A stretch of DNA of 64,000 nucleotides from a virus. The notes under the pieces are model-generated. The model saw only the letters and a list, made by a program, of their open reading frames with translations, searched no databases and was not told where the DNA came from. The DNA lies in IMG/VR virus record IMGVR_UViG_3300045988_121070. One strand, 5' to 3'. How positions within the stretch are numbered: position 1 is the first letter of the stretch; each line of letters starts with the position of its first letter. Shown one piece after another: positions 46,056-55,500 of this stretch. The position numbers and the translations under genes were made by a program.

Positions 46056-46886
46056 TTATTGTTTTGTATCGGCGACAGAATCGCCGAGCACACTGTTATG
46101 TAGATCGGGACAGATAGACCAATCACGGCAGAAGCGGCGGATAGACTCTTTCCAAAGGATGCGGAAGTTGTGCTCTTTGGAGAGGCGCTGCACTTCACGG
46201 ATGAAGCGCTCGCACTGGGCGGAGTCGTAGCGTTTCTTGCTGTAAGGAGAGAGTAGGCCAATGCGGAACTCCTGGCAGTCGGAGGCAATGGTGCGGATGA
46301 TTGCCAGTGAGGAAACGAAGTCGATGACCGGCTCCATGCTGGCAAAGGTGCGGAACTGCATCTTTGAGAGATAGATAAGTGCTGTCTGACGCGATACGTT
46401 AGCCGGAGCACCAGGTTCGAGTTCGTCGTGGCCGGTGAGTGTGAAGCCGATGGTGAGGAGGTCACGGTGTGCATAGAGTGTGCCCATTACCCAATCCTCA
46501 CGTACCCACCATGTAGCCTTGGTGAGGATGATGACGGGCACCTGTTGGCTGAAGGCATATTCTATGCAGCTCAGGGTGAGCGTGATTTCCTCACGCAGCA
46601 TCGGGTCTGTTGAGAAAGAAAAGAACAGCCCGCCATCGGCGGTAATCTGGTCACGATATTTATCAAGTTCTTGGCAGAAAAGATGATACGCTTTCTTAGG
46701 ATCACCACCGAGTAGGGCCTTAATCTCTGGCACATCCTTACCGAGAGTATGGCCAAACACACCACGCTTACAGTAGCAGTAGGTACAGGAATGAGAGCAG
46801 CCGTTGTAGAGGTTGCAAGCCCATGTGCTGTATTCTGCAGCAGCACCGTTAGGGCGGTAGATGGCGAGGTTCTTTGTTTTACTCAT
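46056..46886 (-). CDS. Radical SAM domain protein
   Basis: 276 aa. CSHSCTYC fits the CxxxCxxC cluster in NLYNGCSHSCTYCYCK. Confidence 0.75.
   Translation of the reverse strand: MSKTKNLAIYRPNGAAAEYSTWACNLYNGCSHSCTYCYCKRGVFGHTLGKDVPEIKALLGGDPKKAYHLFCQELDKYRDQITADGGLFFSFSTDPMLREEITLTLSCIEYAFSQQVPVIILTKATWWVREDWVMGTLYAHRDLLTIGFTLTGHDELEPGAPANVSRQTALIYLSKMQFRTFASMEPVIDFVSSLAIIRTIASDCQEFRIGLLSPYSKKRYDSAQCERFIREVQRLSKEHNFRILWKESIRRFCRDWSICPDLHNSVLGDSVADTKQ
46071..46085. promoter_or_regulatory. PAL-B variant inside the 3' end of a CDS
   Basis: ggcgacagaatcgcc followed by gagcacactg. Confidence 0.45.
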
Positions 46887-46934
46887 TTATCATAATTATT
46901 ATTATATTGCAGTGGATATAACGCATCCATATAC

Positions 46935-47394
46935 TTAACTTTCGGCGGTTTGGCGAGCCTTTTCGCAGACGAAAATCAGTGCTTGTTTGAGGACACCTGT
47001 TGCTGTTTCCCACTGACGTTGCAGTGCGTTGATAGCCACTTTCTTCTCGTGTTTGAGGTCATAGATTTTCTTCTGCATATTGATGTCATTAAGTTGCATC
47101 TGATGATCGAGATTGTGCATTTCCTGACGCAGTGCTAATGCTTTTTCGCGCTCATCGGGTGTGCCACCAGAGGGCAGTTGTGACCGTTTGAGGTCGATAA
47201 GGCAGATGATGCGGTTGCGTTCTACCTGCTGTTCGGTACGGACGTTGAACACGTCATTGTCGCACTTGGTGCGGATCTGCATGATAGCTTCATCACGGTA
47301 GGTATTGACTTTACCAAACCATGCTCGTACTTCTTCCTCGGAGAGCTGTTTCAGGTCTTCCAGGGGGGGGGTAATTTACGAAATTTTGTTCCAT
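46935..47394 (-). CDS. Coiled-coil hypothetical protein, split by a C9 tract near its 5' end
   Basis: From ATG 47394: MEQNFVNYPP, then the tract at 47363-47371. One C fewer continues LEDLKQLSEEEVRAWFGKVNTYRDEAIMQIRTK... into track ORF 46935..47282. Confidence 0.45.
47363..47371 (-). repeat. Homopolymer: C9 on the coding strand (G9 on plus)
   Basis: Coding-strand context aaattaCCCCCCCCCtgg. Confidence 0.9.
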
Positions 47395-47430
47395 TGTTGT
47401 AAGATATTAAGAAATTGATACTATTGAGAG

Positions 47431-47448
47431 CCAGCCGAGAGCGGCTGG
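47431..47448 (-). repeat. GC hairpin family copy
   Basis: ccagccgagagcggctgg followed by gcactctata. Confidence 0.6.
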
Positions 47449-47453
47449 GCACT

Positions 47454-48386
47454 CTATACAAGCGTAGCTGCTTCTCCGGCATAGATGCGCATGGCCGGAA
47501 GAATGGCATCGTGAATGAGTTGAGCAGCGATGTGGGCATTAGGATGCGGTTTGCCTGTCTCTCCAGTAAGACGGAGGCGCATGATGTTACGCCACTCGAA
47601 GACGTTATAGGTGTAGGCGACGCGTGTTCCAGCGTCGAGTACCAGAAATCCTCGTGCATCCTGAGCAGGAAGACCGAGTAAAAGGGCGAGTTTATAGGCC
47701 CATTCGCTACACTTCCACATGACACGGGCCAACAGTCGCTTAGACCAGTGAGCGCACTGGAACCAATGCGGCAGACAGATGGTAATACCACCCTTTTTGC
47801 CGAAGTTGACATAGCGGGTAGATTGTTCTGCGATGTTGTTGGGCGATGTGCGGTTTAGTTCACGGCTGGTAGATATCTGCGTGGTGACGCAAACCGTATA
47901 ACGCACCAGGTTCATAGCTGCTGGGAAATTATCAGACGTAGCGTGTTCGACGAACTGCTGGAGTGTCACCTCGTATGGACGCAGCTTTTCTTCGATGCTG
48001 GGACTATCCATGAGATACTGGATGTTGGTGCTGATATAATAGCAGCGTGTCTTTGCCTTTTTATCCTTATGATAGCGGATGCCCACATAGGGTGTGTTTG
48101 TGAGGACCGTAAAGAGCCAAAGCGGTGGTTGAGAGGACGCTTTCTTACCACCATTGCTGGGTGTAGCGTTAGTCAGTTCTGAAGGAACAACATCAGAAAT
48201 AATGAAGTAACGTGATCCATGTCTGAACATCGACAGATGGTTACGTTTCTTCAACATTTCGCAGAACTCTTCTGCGGTTTTCTTGCCGCCTTCAGAGGCA
48301 TAGCAGAGACGGGCAGCCCGTGCTACCTGTTCGTGCCAGTCTTCAGGAGCCGGCCAAAGTTCGACTGATGGTTTGATGAGATACAT
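47454..48386 (-). CDS. thyX: ThyX-like flavin-dependent thymidylate synthase family protein
   Basis: 310 aa. NHLSMFRHGS and SRELNRTSPNNIAEQSTRY resemble the ThyX H-S-x-x-E-H and RHRxxSxxxxSxRY motifs, but with substitutions. Confidence 0.55.
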   Translation of the reverse strand: MYLIKPSVELWPAPEDWHEQVARAARLCYASEGGKKTAEEFCEMLKKRNHLSMFRHGSRYFIISDVVPSELTNATPSNGGKKASSQPPLWLFTVLTNTPYVGIRYHKDKKAKTRCYYISTNIQYLMDSPSIEEKLRPYEVTLQQFVEHATSDNFPAAMNLVRYTVCVTTQISTSRELNRTSPNNIAEQSTRYVNFGKKGGITICLPHWFQCAHWSKRLLARVMWKCSEWAYKLALLLGLPAQDARGFLVLDAGTRVAYTYNVFEWRNIMRLRLTGETGKPHPNAHIAAQLIHDAILPAMRIYAGEAATLV

Positions 48387-48393
48387 ATTTTAT

Positions 48394-49386
48394 TTATCTG
48401 AGAGTTATGCCCACTTCCTTACACCTGGCAAAGAAATAGTTGATGGTGATGGTTGTGGGATTGTTGTTGTAATCGAATTTGCGCTGACAGTCGGTAGCGT
48501 TATACTTAGAGCTGATGGCAGACACACGATGGAAGAACTTACTACCCCATGGTTCAGGGAGTGTGGCCAGTGACATGCCGAGACGAATCCATACGTCGTA
48601 ATCGTTGGTGATATCGGTGTGTGTCAGTTCCAGTTTCTGCACCAGGCGCTCCACCTTATTGATAAGATCATCGTCCGTCTCGATGCGCTGTGTATAGACA
48701 GCAGCTTTCGGTGCCAACATCTGTTCGCCGAGGTCCACTCCAGAGTACGGAATGGCGTTGACGTTGATGTATGGCTTATCGTCGTAGGAGGCGAAGCGGA
48801 TGCGCGTGGTGTCAGCACATTTGCGGTCGAGTGTGATGCCGAGAGCACCATATTCGCGGATGAGTGCGGCAAACTGTTGGCGATGGTATTGCGGGTATGC
48901 CAGCGGTATGAGAGCGAAATAGCCCGTTCCTGAGCATGACTTCATCAGCAGTGCCACCTCTGGGCGGTGTCGGAGTGTGCGCAGGATAACCTTCATGTCA
49001 GCGAGCGACTGGTTATCCTGGTGATCGATGTCGATGCAAAGGAAGCCTGTGTGTTGCTGCAGATGAGCCTGGCGGCGCGACACATTCTCATAGCGCTGGT
49101 ATTTCTCATTCCACACCTCGCGAAGTTCAAAGAGGCCGGACAATGTGGCTCCAGGCAGGAGCGTCTTCGTCTGGCGGTAGTCATCCCGTGCCTTTGCCTC
49201 CTTTTCGCCATACTGAGCCACCATCGCCCTCAGTTTTTCGACCACAGGTTTCCAGCGGTCCGTCAGACAGAACTCGCGGATGGTCATCTGCTGGATGATC
49301 TCGCCAGTTTCCATGTCAACGAATCGCCCATAGTTGTCATGGGCATCAGTATAGACAGAGCAGAGAACGTCGAACGGGTCAGTCAT
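48394..49386 (-). CDS. VirE/BT4734-like N-terminal domain protein (putative primase)
   Basis: 330 aa. LLPGATLSGLF...HTGFLCIDIDH...LMKSCSGTGYFALIP resembles the Bacteroides mobile-element primase-like family. Recollection only. Confidence 0.5.
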   Translation of the reverse strand: MTDPFDVLCSVYTDAHDNYGRFVDMETGEIIQQMTIREFCLTDRWKPVVEKLRAMVAQYGEKEAKARDDYRQTKTLLPGATLSGLFELREVWNEKYQRYENVSRRQAHLQQHTGFLCIDIDHQDNQSLADMKVILRTLRHRPEVALLMKSCSGTGYFALIPLAYPQYHRQQFAALIREYGALGITLDRKCADTTRIRFASYDDKPYINVNAIPYSGVDLGEQMLAPKAAVYTQRIETDDDLINKVERLVQKLELTHTDITNDYDVWIRLGMSLATLPEPWGSKFFHRVSAISSKYNATDCQRKFDYNNNPTTITINYFFARCKEVGITLR

Positions 49387-49389
49387 ACC

Positions 49390-49776
49390 TTATTTATTTT
49401 TATAATAGCGGTGGGTTAAAGCCCAGAACCATTCTACGGTGATATTGAGGAACCATGCTCCGAATAAGCCGGTACCAAAGAGCCAGAACGAGCGCCAGAA
49501 CATGAACGAGAGGCCGAAGGCGGTAGCAGCCATCAGCAGCTGTAAGCAGAACTCGGTAAAGTAGTCCTTTGCGAAATAACTGTGTCGCCAGCGCCATTCC
49601 TTTTCGTTGGAGGGGTCTTTGGCGAACTGAATCGTGATGCAGCCCACTGTTGAGAATGCTCCGAGGATGAGTCCGACAATGAATGAAGCACCCTGGATGA
49701 ATGGATGTTGCCATAGGAATATACCGATGATGGCGGAGAGGAATACCCAGTTGAGTAGGATGAGATAATGTTTCAT
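49390..49776 (-). CDS. Membrane protein
   Basis: 128 aa, four hydrophobic segments. Confidence 0.55.
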   Translation of the reverse strand: MKHYLILLNWVFLSAIIGIFLWQHPFIQGASFIVGLILGAFSTVGCITIQFAKDPSNEKEWRWRHSYFAKDYFTEFCLQLLMAATAFGLSFMFWRSFWLFGTGLFGAWFLNITVEWFWALTHRYYKNK

Positions 49777-49804
49777 ATCTAAGATTATATTTGTTATTTT
49801 GGCG

Positions 49805-49812
49805 CAAAATTA
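49805..49812 (-). promoter_or_regulatory. -7 box TAATTTTG
   Basis: Matches TAnnTTTG, 29 nt upstream of ATG 49776, at the head of the replication/modification gene string. Confidence 0.4.
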
Positions 49813-50445
49813 AAGATAAACTTTGATTTTACAAAATAAAATACCAATTATTTTCTGATTTGATATAAGTTTTAACACTTCCGAGGGAGATTTTTCCCTG
49901 AACGAGGAGATTTTCTTCCTTGAACTATCAAAATAACTTTTTGCAGCCCCATCCATCGGAACATGCAAGGTTGAAATTCGGGTAAAAAGTCGTGGAGAGT
50001 TACGGAAAGTTGTCAAAAAGACGTTTTGTTTTTCGTGTAAGTCGCTGATATTCATAGTGTTATTATGGTAAAAGTTATTTTACCACCTTTTTCTTCAAAC
50101 TTTAGCGCATACAGGAGAAAAATAGAAATTCAGAAATAACACTGAAAAGGAGCAAAACACGCCGCTTAACTGCTAACCCCGTTCCCCCACAACTTATTGA
50201 TACTCAAAGGAGAAAGCGGAGCTTTCGCTTTATTGCTCAATCACTTTTAGGGTGCGGGATTTTATTTTTTCTCCAAAAGAATTTTTCGCAAAATTAGGAT
50301 GAGGTATGCCAAAATAATGTCATTTTGACTTTTTGGAGGGAGAAAATGGGCGCGAGGTGCGGTAGATAGGGAGAAGTGAGGGAGAATGATGCCATCCTTG
50401 AAATTACTTTTGCCGTCACTGAGGGGTGCGGGGTGGATAGATAGA

Positions 50446-50465
50446 CCCAGCCGAGAACGGCTGGG
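50446..50465. repeat. GC hairpin family copy
   Basis: cccagccgagaacggctggg followed by agtggctg, in the non-coding hub. Confidence 0.65.
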
Positions 50466-50573
50466 AGTGGCTGAAGAGTCCTGGCCGCTATGACATAGCG
50501 ACATACAGAACGGGAGCGGGAAAATAATTAGAAAATAGTGGCGAGAAAGTTTGCGTATGTCGCGGAAAATGAT

Positions 50574-50581
50574 TATCTTTG
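50574..50581 (+). promoter_or_regulatory. Plus-strand -7 box TATCTTTG
   Basis: Identical octamer to the minus-strand promoter modules, but oriented on plus. Confidence 0.45.
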
Positions 50582-50587
50582 CACCAT

Positions 50588-50727
50588 AGATTAAATTGGG
50601 GTAATATGCGCCTTTTGTCGCTATATGGAAGATAGCGGCGTTGCCGCTATGAATGATACCACCGTAGGTGCCCGCCAGTGACACCGACACTGACACAGCG
50701 CCCAGCCGAGAACGGCTGGGCTTTTTG
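50588..50727 (+). ncRNA. Candidate small RNA (about 140 nt) between a plus-strand -7 box and a plus-strand terminator
   Basis: Only 9- and 18-codon ORFs. Internal perfect hairpin atagcggc-gtt-gccgctat. Ends in gcccagccgagaacggctgggc followed by ttttt. Confidence 0.3.
50700..50727 (+). terminator. Plus-strand intrinsic terminator
   Basis: gcccagccgagaacggctgggc followed by tttttga. Confidence 0.65.
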
Positions 50728-50785
50728 ATTAGTAACGAGCCACAGGGAGAGTACGGAGAGGATATTACCAACAGAGCGCGGAGGT

Positions 50786-50800
50786 GGCGATACAATCGCC
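50786..50800. promoter_or_regulatory. PAL-B copy
   Basis: ggcgatacaatcgcc followed by acacaatagacgaaacgggg. Confidence 0.6.
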
Positions 50801-50975
50801 ACACAATAGACGAAACGGGGAGAGAGAATAATTGTAAAGAACGCCAGAAAGGGCGCGAGAGAGAATATTACCAACGGAGCGCAAGAGAGGATATTAGTAA
50901 AGGCGGTGGCCGTGCTTCACAGCACAGCCACCGAACGAAAGAATTACCGACAGAGCGGTAGTACAAGATGTATCT

Positions 50976-52229
50976 CTACTTAAAGCGGGAGAGGAGCAGG
51001 GTACTATTGGTACCACCGAAGCCGAAGGCGTTGCAGAGAATGGTCTGTAACGGGGTGATGGTTGGCGCTGTTGGAATGCGCAGAGCTGCTGCCGTCTCGT
51101 CAGGGTGCTGGAGGTTGATGTGAGGCGTTACGAATCCGCCTTGCATCTGTATCAGGGCATATACTACCTGGGACACGCCGGACATCCAGCATTCGTGGCC
51201 GGTGAGGGCCTTTGTGCTGATGACAAAGGGACGGCTATCACCATTTGCAGCGGCATAGCCACTACCTACGGAAAAGAGGCGGCGGATGGCTTCTGCCTCG
51301 GCGCGGTCGCCATCTGGGGTCGATGTGGCGTGAGCCATGATAGCGGAGATACCAGGACCCAGCGGAGAACCGCTGGGCACAGTGGCGGCAGACAGAGCGG
51401 CGAGCATAGAGCGGTAGATAGCATCAGCGGAGGGTGTTGCGAGGTCGGGACTGGTGGTGAAGCCGTAGCCTTTGACCGTGGCCAAGGGTTTGCGATTGCC
51501 CATAGCGGCATGGGCTGCTGTTTCGAGAATGACGCAGGCAGCACCACCAGAAGGCACGAGGCCGTCGCGGTCGCGGTCGAATGGTCGTGATGCAGCGGTG
51601 GGGTTGTCGGTGCGGTGACTGAAGATGCCGAGCGCATCAAAGGAGGTATAGGCATGTAGGCCCACTTCCTGAGCGCCCACCACTATGCAGCAGTCGAGTT
51701 TGCCGGACTGGATAAGCGAATGAGCGAGACCGATAGCATGACCGCCACCGGCGCAGGCTGCAGAGACGGTAAAGGAGAGACCACCGATGCCAAAGATAGA
51801 AGCCAGCGACATAGAGACCGAGCTGTTGAGTGTGCGGAACACCATGCCGGCACCGAGTCGGCGCGAGTCATGGTATTCAGCCATGATAGCCTCTGTCTCA
51901 GCGAGGGCACCAGCGGTGCTGTCATTGCTAACAATAAGTCCGCAGCGGTAGAGGTCGGCCACTGGAGCCATAGCAAGCGCTTCCTTCATGGCCATGTAGC
52001 CATATTCGCCTGGTTCGGAGAGAGTGATGCGCTGTGAGCGTCGCAATCCCTGAGCTTTGATGTCAGGACGCGGGACGATACCCGTGAGGGGTGACTGGTA
52101 GCCGTAGGCGGTACGCTCAGGATCGATGCCGATGCCACTCTTTCCGAGACGGAGAGACTGAGCCACCTCCTGAACGGACTGGCCGATGCAGGACCAGATG
52201 CCCATGCCCGTGATTACTGTGCGTCGCAT
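50976..52229 (-). CDS. Beta-ketoacyl-ACP synthase (KAS I/II, FabB/FabF-like)
   Basis: 417 aa. Active-site Cys in FTVSAACAGG, His in MAHATSTP and GHECW, and a C-terminal NAFGFGGTNSTLLL. Confidence 0.85.
   Translation of the reverse strand: MRRTVITGMGIWSCIGQSVQEVAQSLRLGKSGIGIDPERTAYGYQSPLTGIVPRPDIKAQGLRRSQRITLSEPGEYGYMAMKEALAMAPVADLYRCGLIVSNDSTAGALAETEAIMAEYHDSRRLGAGMVFRTLNSSVSMSLASIFGIGGLSFTVSAACAGGGHAIGLAHSLIQSGKLDCCIVVGAQEVGLHAYTSFDALGIFSHRTDNPTAASRPFDRDRDGLVPSGGAACVILETAAHAAMGNRKPLATVKGYGFTTSPDLATPSADAIYRSMLAALSAATVPSGSPLGPGISAIMAHATSTPDGDRAEAEAIRRLFSVGSGYAAANGDSRPFVISTKALTGHECWMSGVSQVVYALIQMQGGFVTPHINLQHPDETAAALRIPTAPTITPLQTILCNAFGFGGTNSTLLLSRFK
51358..51377 (-). repeat. GC hairpin family copy inside the KAS gene
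   Basis: cccagcggagaaccgctggg followed by cacagtgg. Encodes VPSGSPLGP just before the MAHATST motif. Confidence 0.7.
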
Positions 52230-52477
52230 AGGCTGGGTTTTTGTTCGATGATAGAACGGATGAGGTCACGCAAGGTATGCGTGTTCTTTGCATTCGTCAT
52301 ATCGAGTTTGACGTTAAAGTTTGTTTCGCACATCATAATGAAGTCCACGATGTCGATAGAGTCGAGGTTGAGATCTTCGTGAAGATTGTCGTCGAGGTGA
52401 ATATCCTCGGCGGGAGGCATGTTGTCGAAATGGGCTGTCAGGAGCGCCACGATGCGAGGGAAAAGTTTTTCTTCCAT
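52214..52477 (-). CDS. Acyl carrier protein
   Basis: 87 aa. The DLNLDSIDIVDF phosphopantetheine-site pattern (DSxD). Overlaps the KAS start. Confidence 0.75.
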   Translation of the reverse strand: MEEKLFPRIVALLTAHFDNMPPAEDIHLDDNLHEDLNLDSIDIVDFIMMCETNFNVKLDMTNAKNTHTLRDLIRSIIEQKPSLCDAQ

Positions 52478-52508
52478 GATTTGATGAATTTATGAATTTA
52501 TGAATGAC

Positions 52509-52523
52509 GGCGATTAAATCGCC
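52509..52523. promoter_or_regulatory. PAL-B copy
   Basis: ggcgattaaatcgcc followed by tggcaatagacgaaacagag. Confidence 0.6.
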
Positions 52524-52551
52524 TGGCAATAGACGAAACAGAGCAGCGAGA

Positions 52552-52571
52552 CCCAGCCGATAACGGCTGGG
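52552..52571 (-). repeat. GC hairpin family copy
   Basis: cccagccgataacggctggg followed by catgtggcta, 3' of the tape measure gene. Confidence 0.7.
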
Positions 52572-52578
52572 CATGTGG

Positions 52579-55500
52579 CTAACCTTTCCAGAGGCGGTCG
52601 CCGGAGTTGCGGCGCATGAAGTTAGCGCCATCCTGAGACTCCTGCGTGATGCCACCACGTCCGTATTTATTGACATGGAGGCCGTTGCGCTTGATAGCCA
52701 GCATGACGGCGGTAAACTCGGAGAGCGTAGAACGGAGGCCGTCGATATCCTCTTTGGTGATGGTGTTGTCCGACGGAGAACCGTCGGGAGTGGTGGTGCC
52801 ATCAGTGCCGAGGAAATCAGAGAGGTTGCCTTCGTCGTAGGTGCGGTAGGCATGGCCATTTGAGTAGTTTTTGTCGAACTTCACGATAGCCGCGAGGAGG
52901 TCGGGACGAGCCATCTGCATGGCAGCCGTCGTTTCGCGTCCAATCACCATTTCTGGGCCACGTTCTCCGACGAGAGACGGTTGACCGTTGACCATGGTCG
53001 CTATGGGCGATGTGACGAGACCCGTCTGCAGTTGTGGTACCTGGCGAGCCTGATAGACATAGCCATCCGTACCGAGGACGGGTGTGCGGTCGCCACCATA
53101 GCCAGCGGGCGAACCGCTGGAAGCGGGTGTAGCAGAGGGAGAGTAGCCGGATGGAGAGGGACTTCCGGCGGAAGAACCGCCGGACACACTCTGGACGTTA
53201 CCACTGTCATAGGTGAGCATACCAGTGGCGAGTTTGACGTTAGGAGTTGCAGCATCAGCGCCACCACTCTCGTCACCACCAAAGGCGAGTCCGATAGCCC
53301 ATGATAGCAATCCCATCAACAAGGCGGTGATGACACCGATGAGCGGAATACCCCACCATCCGAGGGTGCCAATGATCTTAGCAGCACCACCAGCGATACC
53401 GAGACCCACCTTACCAGTGGTAGCCCCCGCTTCCTCTGCCAGTTCGGTAGCATTCGAGGTAGAGTGCTGTGTGAGGCGGGCAGCATCGCCCGTTGCCTGA
53501 GCCGTGAGCATCAGCGTCTGGTAGAGTTGCTGTATCTGCAACATCGTAGCCTGGTGCATGGTCTCGTCGGCTTCTTCCTGACGATAGTAGAGCTGCTTAG
53601 TGACGCGACGTGTGAGGTCTTGTGCGATGAGTTGCAGAGACATCTTCACATACGACTTCAGCATATCCTTCAGGAGGTCTTTGAATTTGACATCCGACTG
53701 TTCGGTGTCGTAGATCATATTACCCAGCGACTCCCCTACCCCTTCAGCGAACGTGTTAAGCGGTTCAGAGAAGTTTTGGAGGAGAGACACGCGCTCTTGG
53801 AACTTACGTGCCACCGAGTCGGCCATTTCAGACTGAGCCTCCATCATCTGACGTTTAGCATCCGTCAGCTGCTGTTCAGAGATTTTATCCTGTTCACGCA
53901 GACGCGCCATATCCTCATAATAGAGACGGGCGCGTTCAGCCAGCAGGCGATAGCGCAAGATTTCAGGGTCAGAATCCATATTCCAGGACATGCCCATCTG
54001 CTGTCCCACGTTCTTATCCGACTCGAAGCGTTGCGTATCGCTGTTGATGGTTGACAGCTGCTGTGTCGATTTGTCGATACTCTGAATGGTAGGATTGTTA
54101 TTGAAAACAAAATCCGCACGGCGCTTTGCCTCGTCGTAGGCTTTCTTCTGAGCATCCGTATAAGCATCCGAGTATTCAATCAGTTTCTGGTAGAACACCT
54201 TGAACTGGTCGGCAGACATGTTGAGCAGCGAAGAAAGGCCCGTACCAGCGAGATATGACTTATACTCTTTACCGAAGAGGATGGTAAGCACCTTATCCGG
54301 CGCATCCTCACTATTCGCATCGACAGAGAGCAGTTCCACGATGTTTTCGCGAGTAGCGGTGAAAGCCTTTTGCCACTGAGCGGTGCGGTCGTCGATGAAC
54401 TGCTGGATAGCCTCGTTATTACCCTTCTGCGACCACCCCATCATCTGAGCGATCTGTTCGGAAGTCAATTCGGCGACACCAAACTGTTCCATCTGGTTCT
54501 CGTAGTCGAGGTTGACCTTCCCCGTATAGTTCTTTTCCAGGAGCACCTTCTGACGGTCCTGGTAAGCCTTATTCTGCTGGTTGGCGTTTTTCAATTCGTT
54601 TTCTGTAGCCTTACGCCATATCTGATCGAGCAATACAGAACCATTCTGTCCCAACTCCTTAGAAAGCGTGGTAATCATGTCCTTCAGTTTCTCGACATCA
54701 TTATGGATAATGTTATCGAGCAGCTGCGTGGACTGATTTGTGCCGTCAGCAGACAGCGGTTCGTAGAGGTCGTTAAGCATCGACTGGCGGAACTGTGCCC
54801 AATCGTTCTCAGTACCCGCAATCGCCTGACGGACGTTAGCCAGTGCATTGTTCATGCGGATTGTCATGCCGTCCACCAGTTTCTTCTGGAGTTCAGAATC
54901 CATGCCCGTCTTTGTCGCCATTTCCGTGATGGCAGCAATCTGACGCTCGTAGTAATTCTTGACGTTATCGACAATCGCCTGAGCCTTGCCCTGTTCCTCT
55001 CTCATTTCCTGACGGAGCGCCTTGCGACGGGCTGCCTCTTCCGCCTTACGGCGACGTTCTGCCTCCTTATCGGGTGCATCGTTATCAAGAGCACCAGGAG
55101 ACTCGTCTTCGGTGGCGGTAACGAGATCGTCTTCAAACGGCTTCCACTTTTTGTTGACGCGGTTCATGGCGTTGGTAGCCGAGTAAGCCTGCGTAGCATA
55201 ACGGGTGGCAGCATAAAGCATCCGTTCGGCCTGGGTAAGGGCGCGGGTGTTGTTGGCACGGACCTCATTTGGTGTAAGTGTGCTTTCAGGACCGCTATTC
55301 ATTCGCATGTCGCGAACATAGCCATGCACATCGAACCATTCCGTCGGTGACTTGCTGGAACGAGACTTGTAAGCATCAGCGGCTATTTCGCCATTGACAC
55401 CCAGTTTCCTTGCCAGGTCCTTGTTGATTTCTTCAACAGACTTGCCGGCTTTCTGCATATCATCGACATAGGCTTTGAGCCATGTGCCGTTGTAGGGAGA

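Noticed and set aside
50262-50804. 180 aa minus-strand ORF, plus other ORFs in the hub (50647..50874, 50668..50961, 49810..50055).
   Set aside because: They run through hairpins, palindromes and promoter boxes, have odd composition, and lack coupling to neighbouring genes. The 81 aa ORF at 49810..50055 in the AT-rich part could be real, but I cannot support it.
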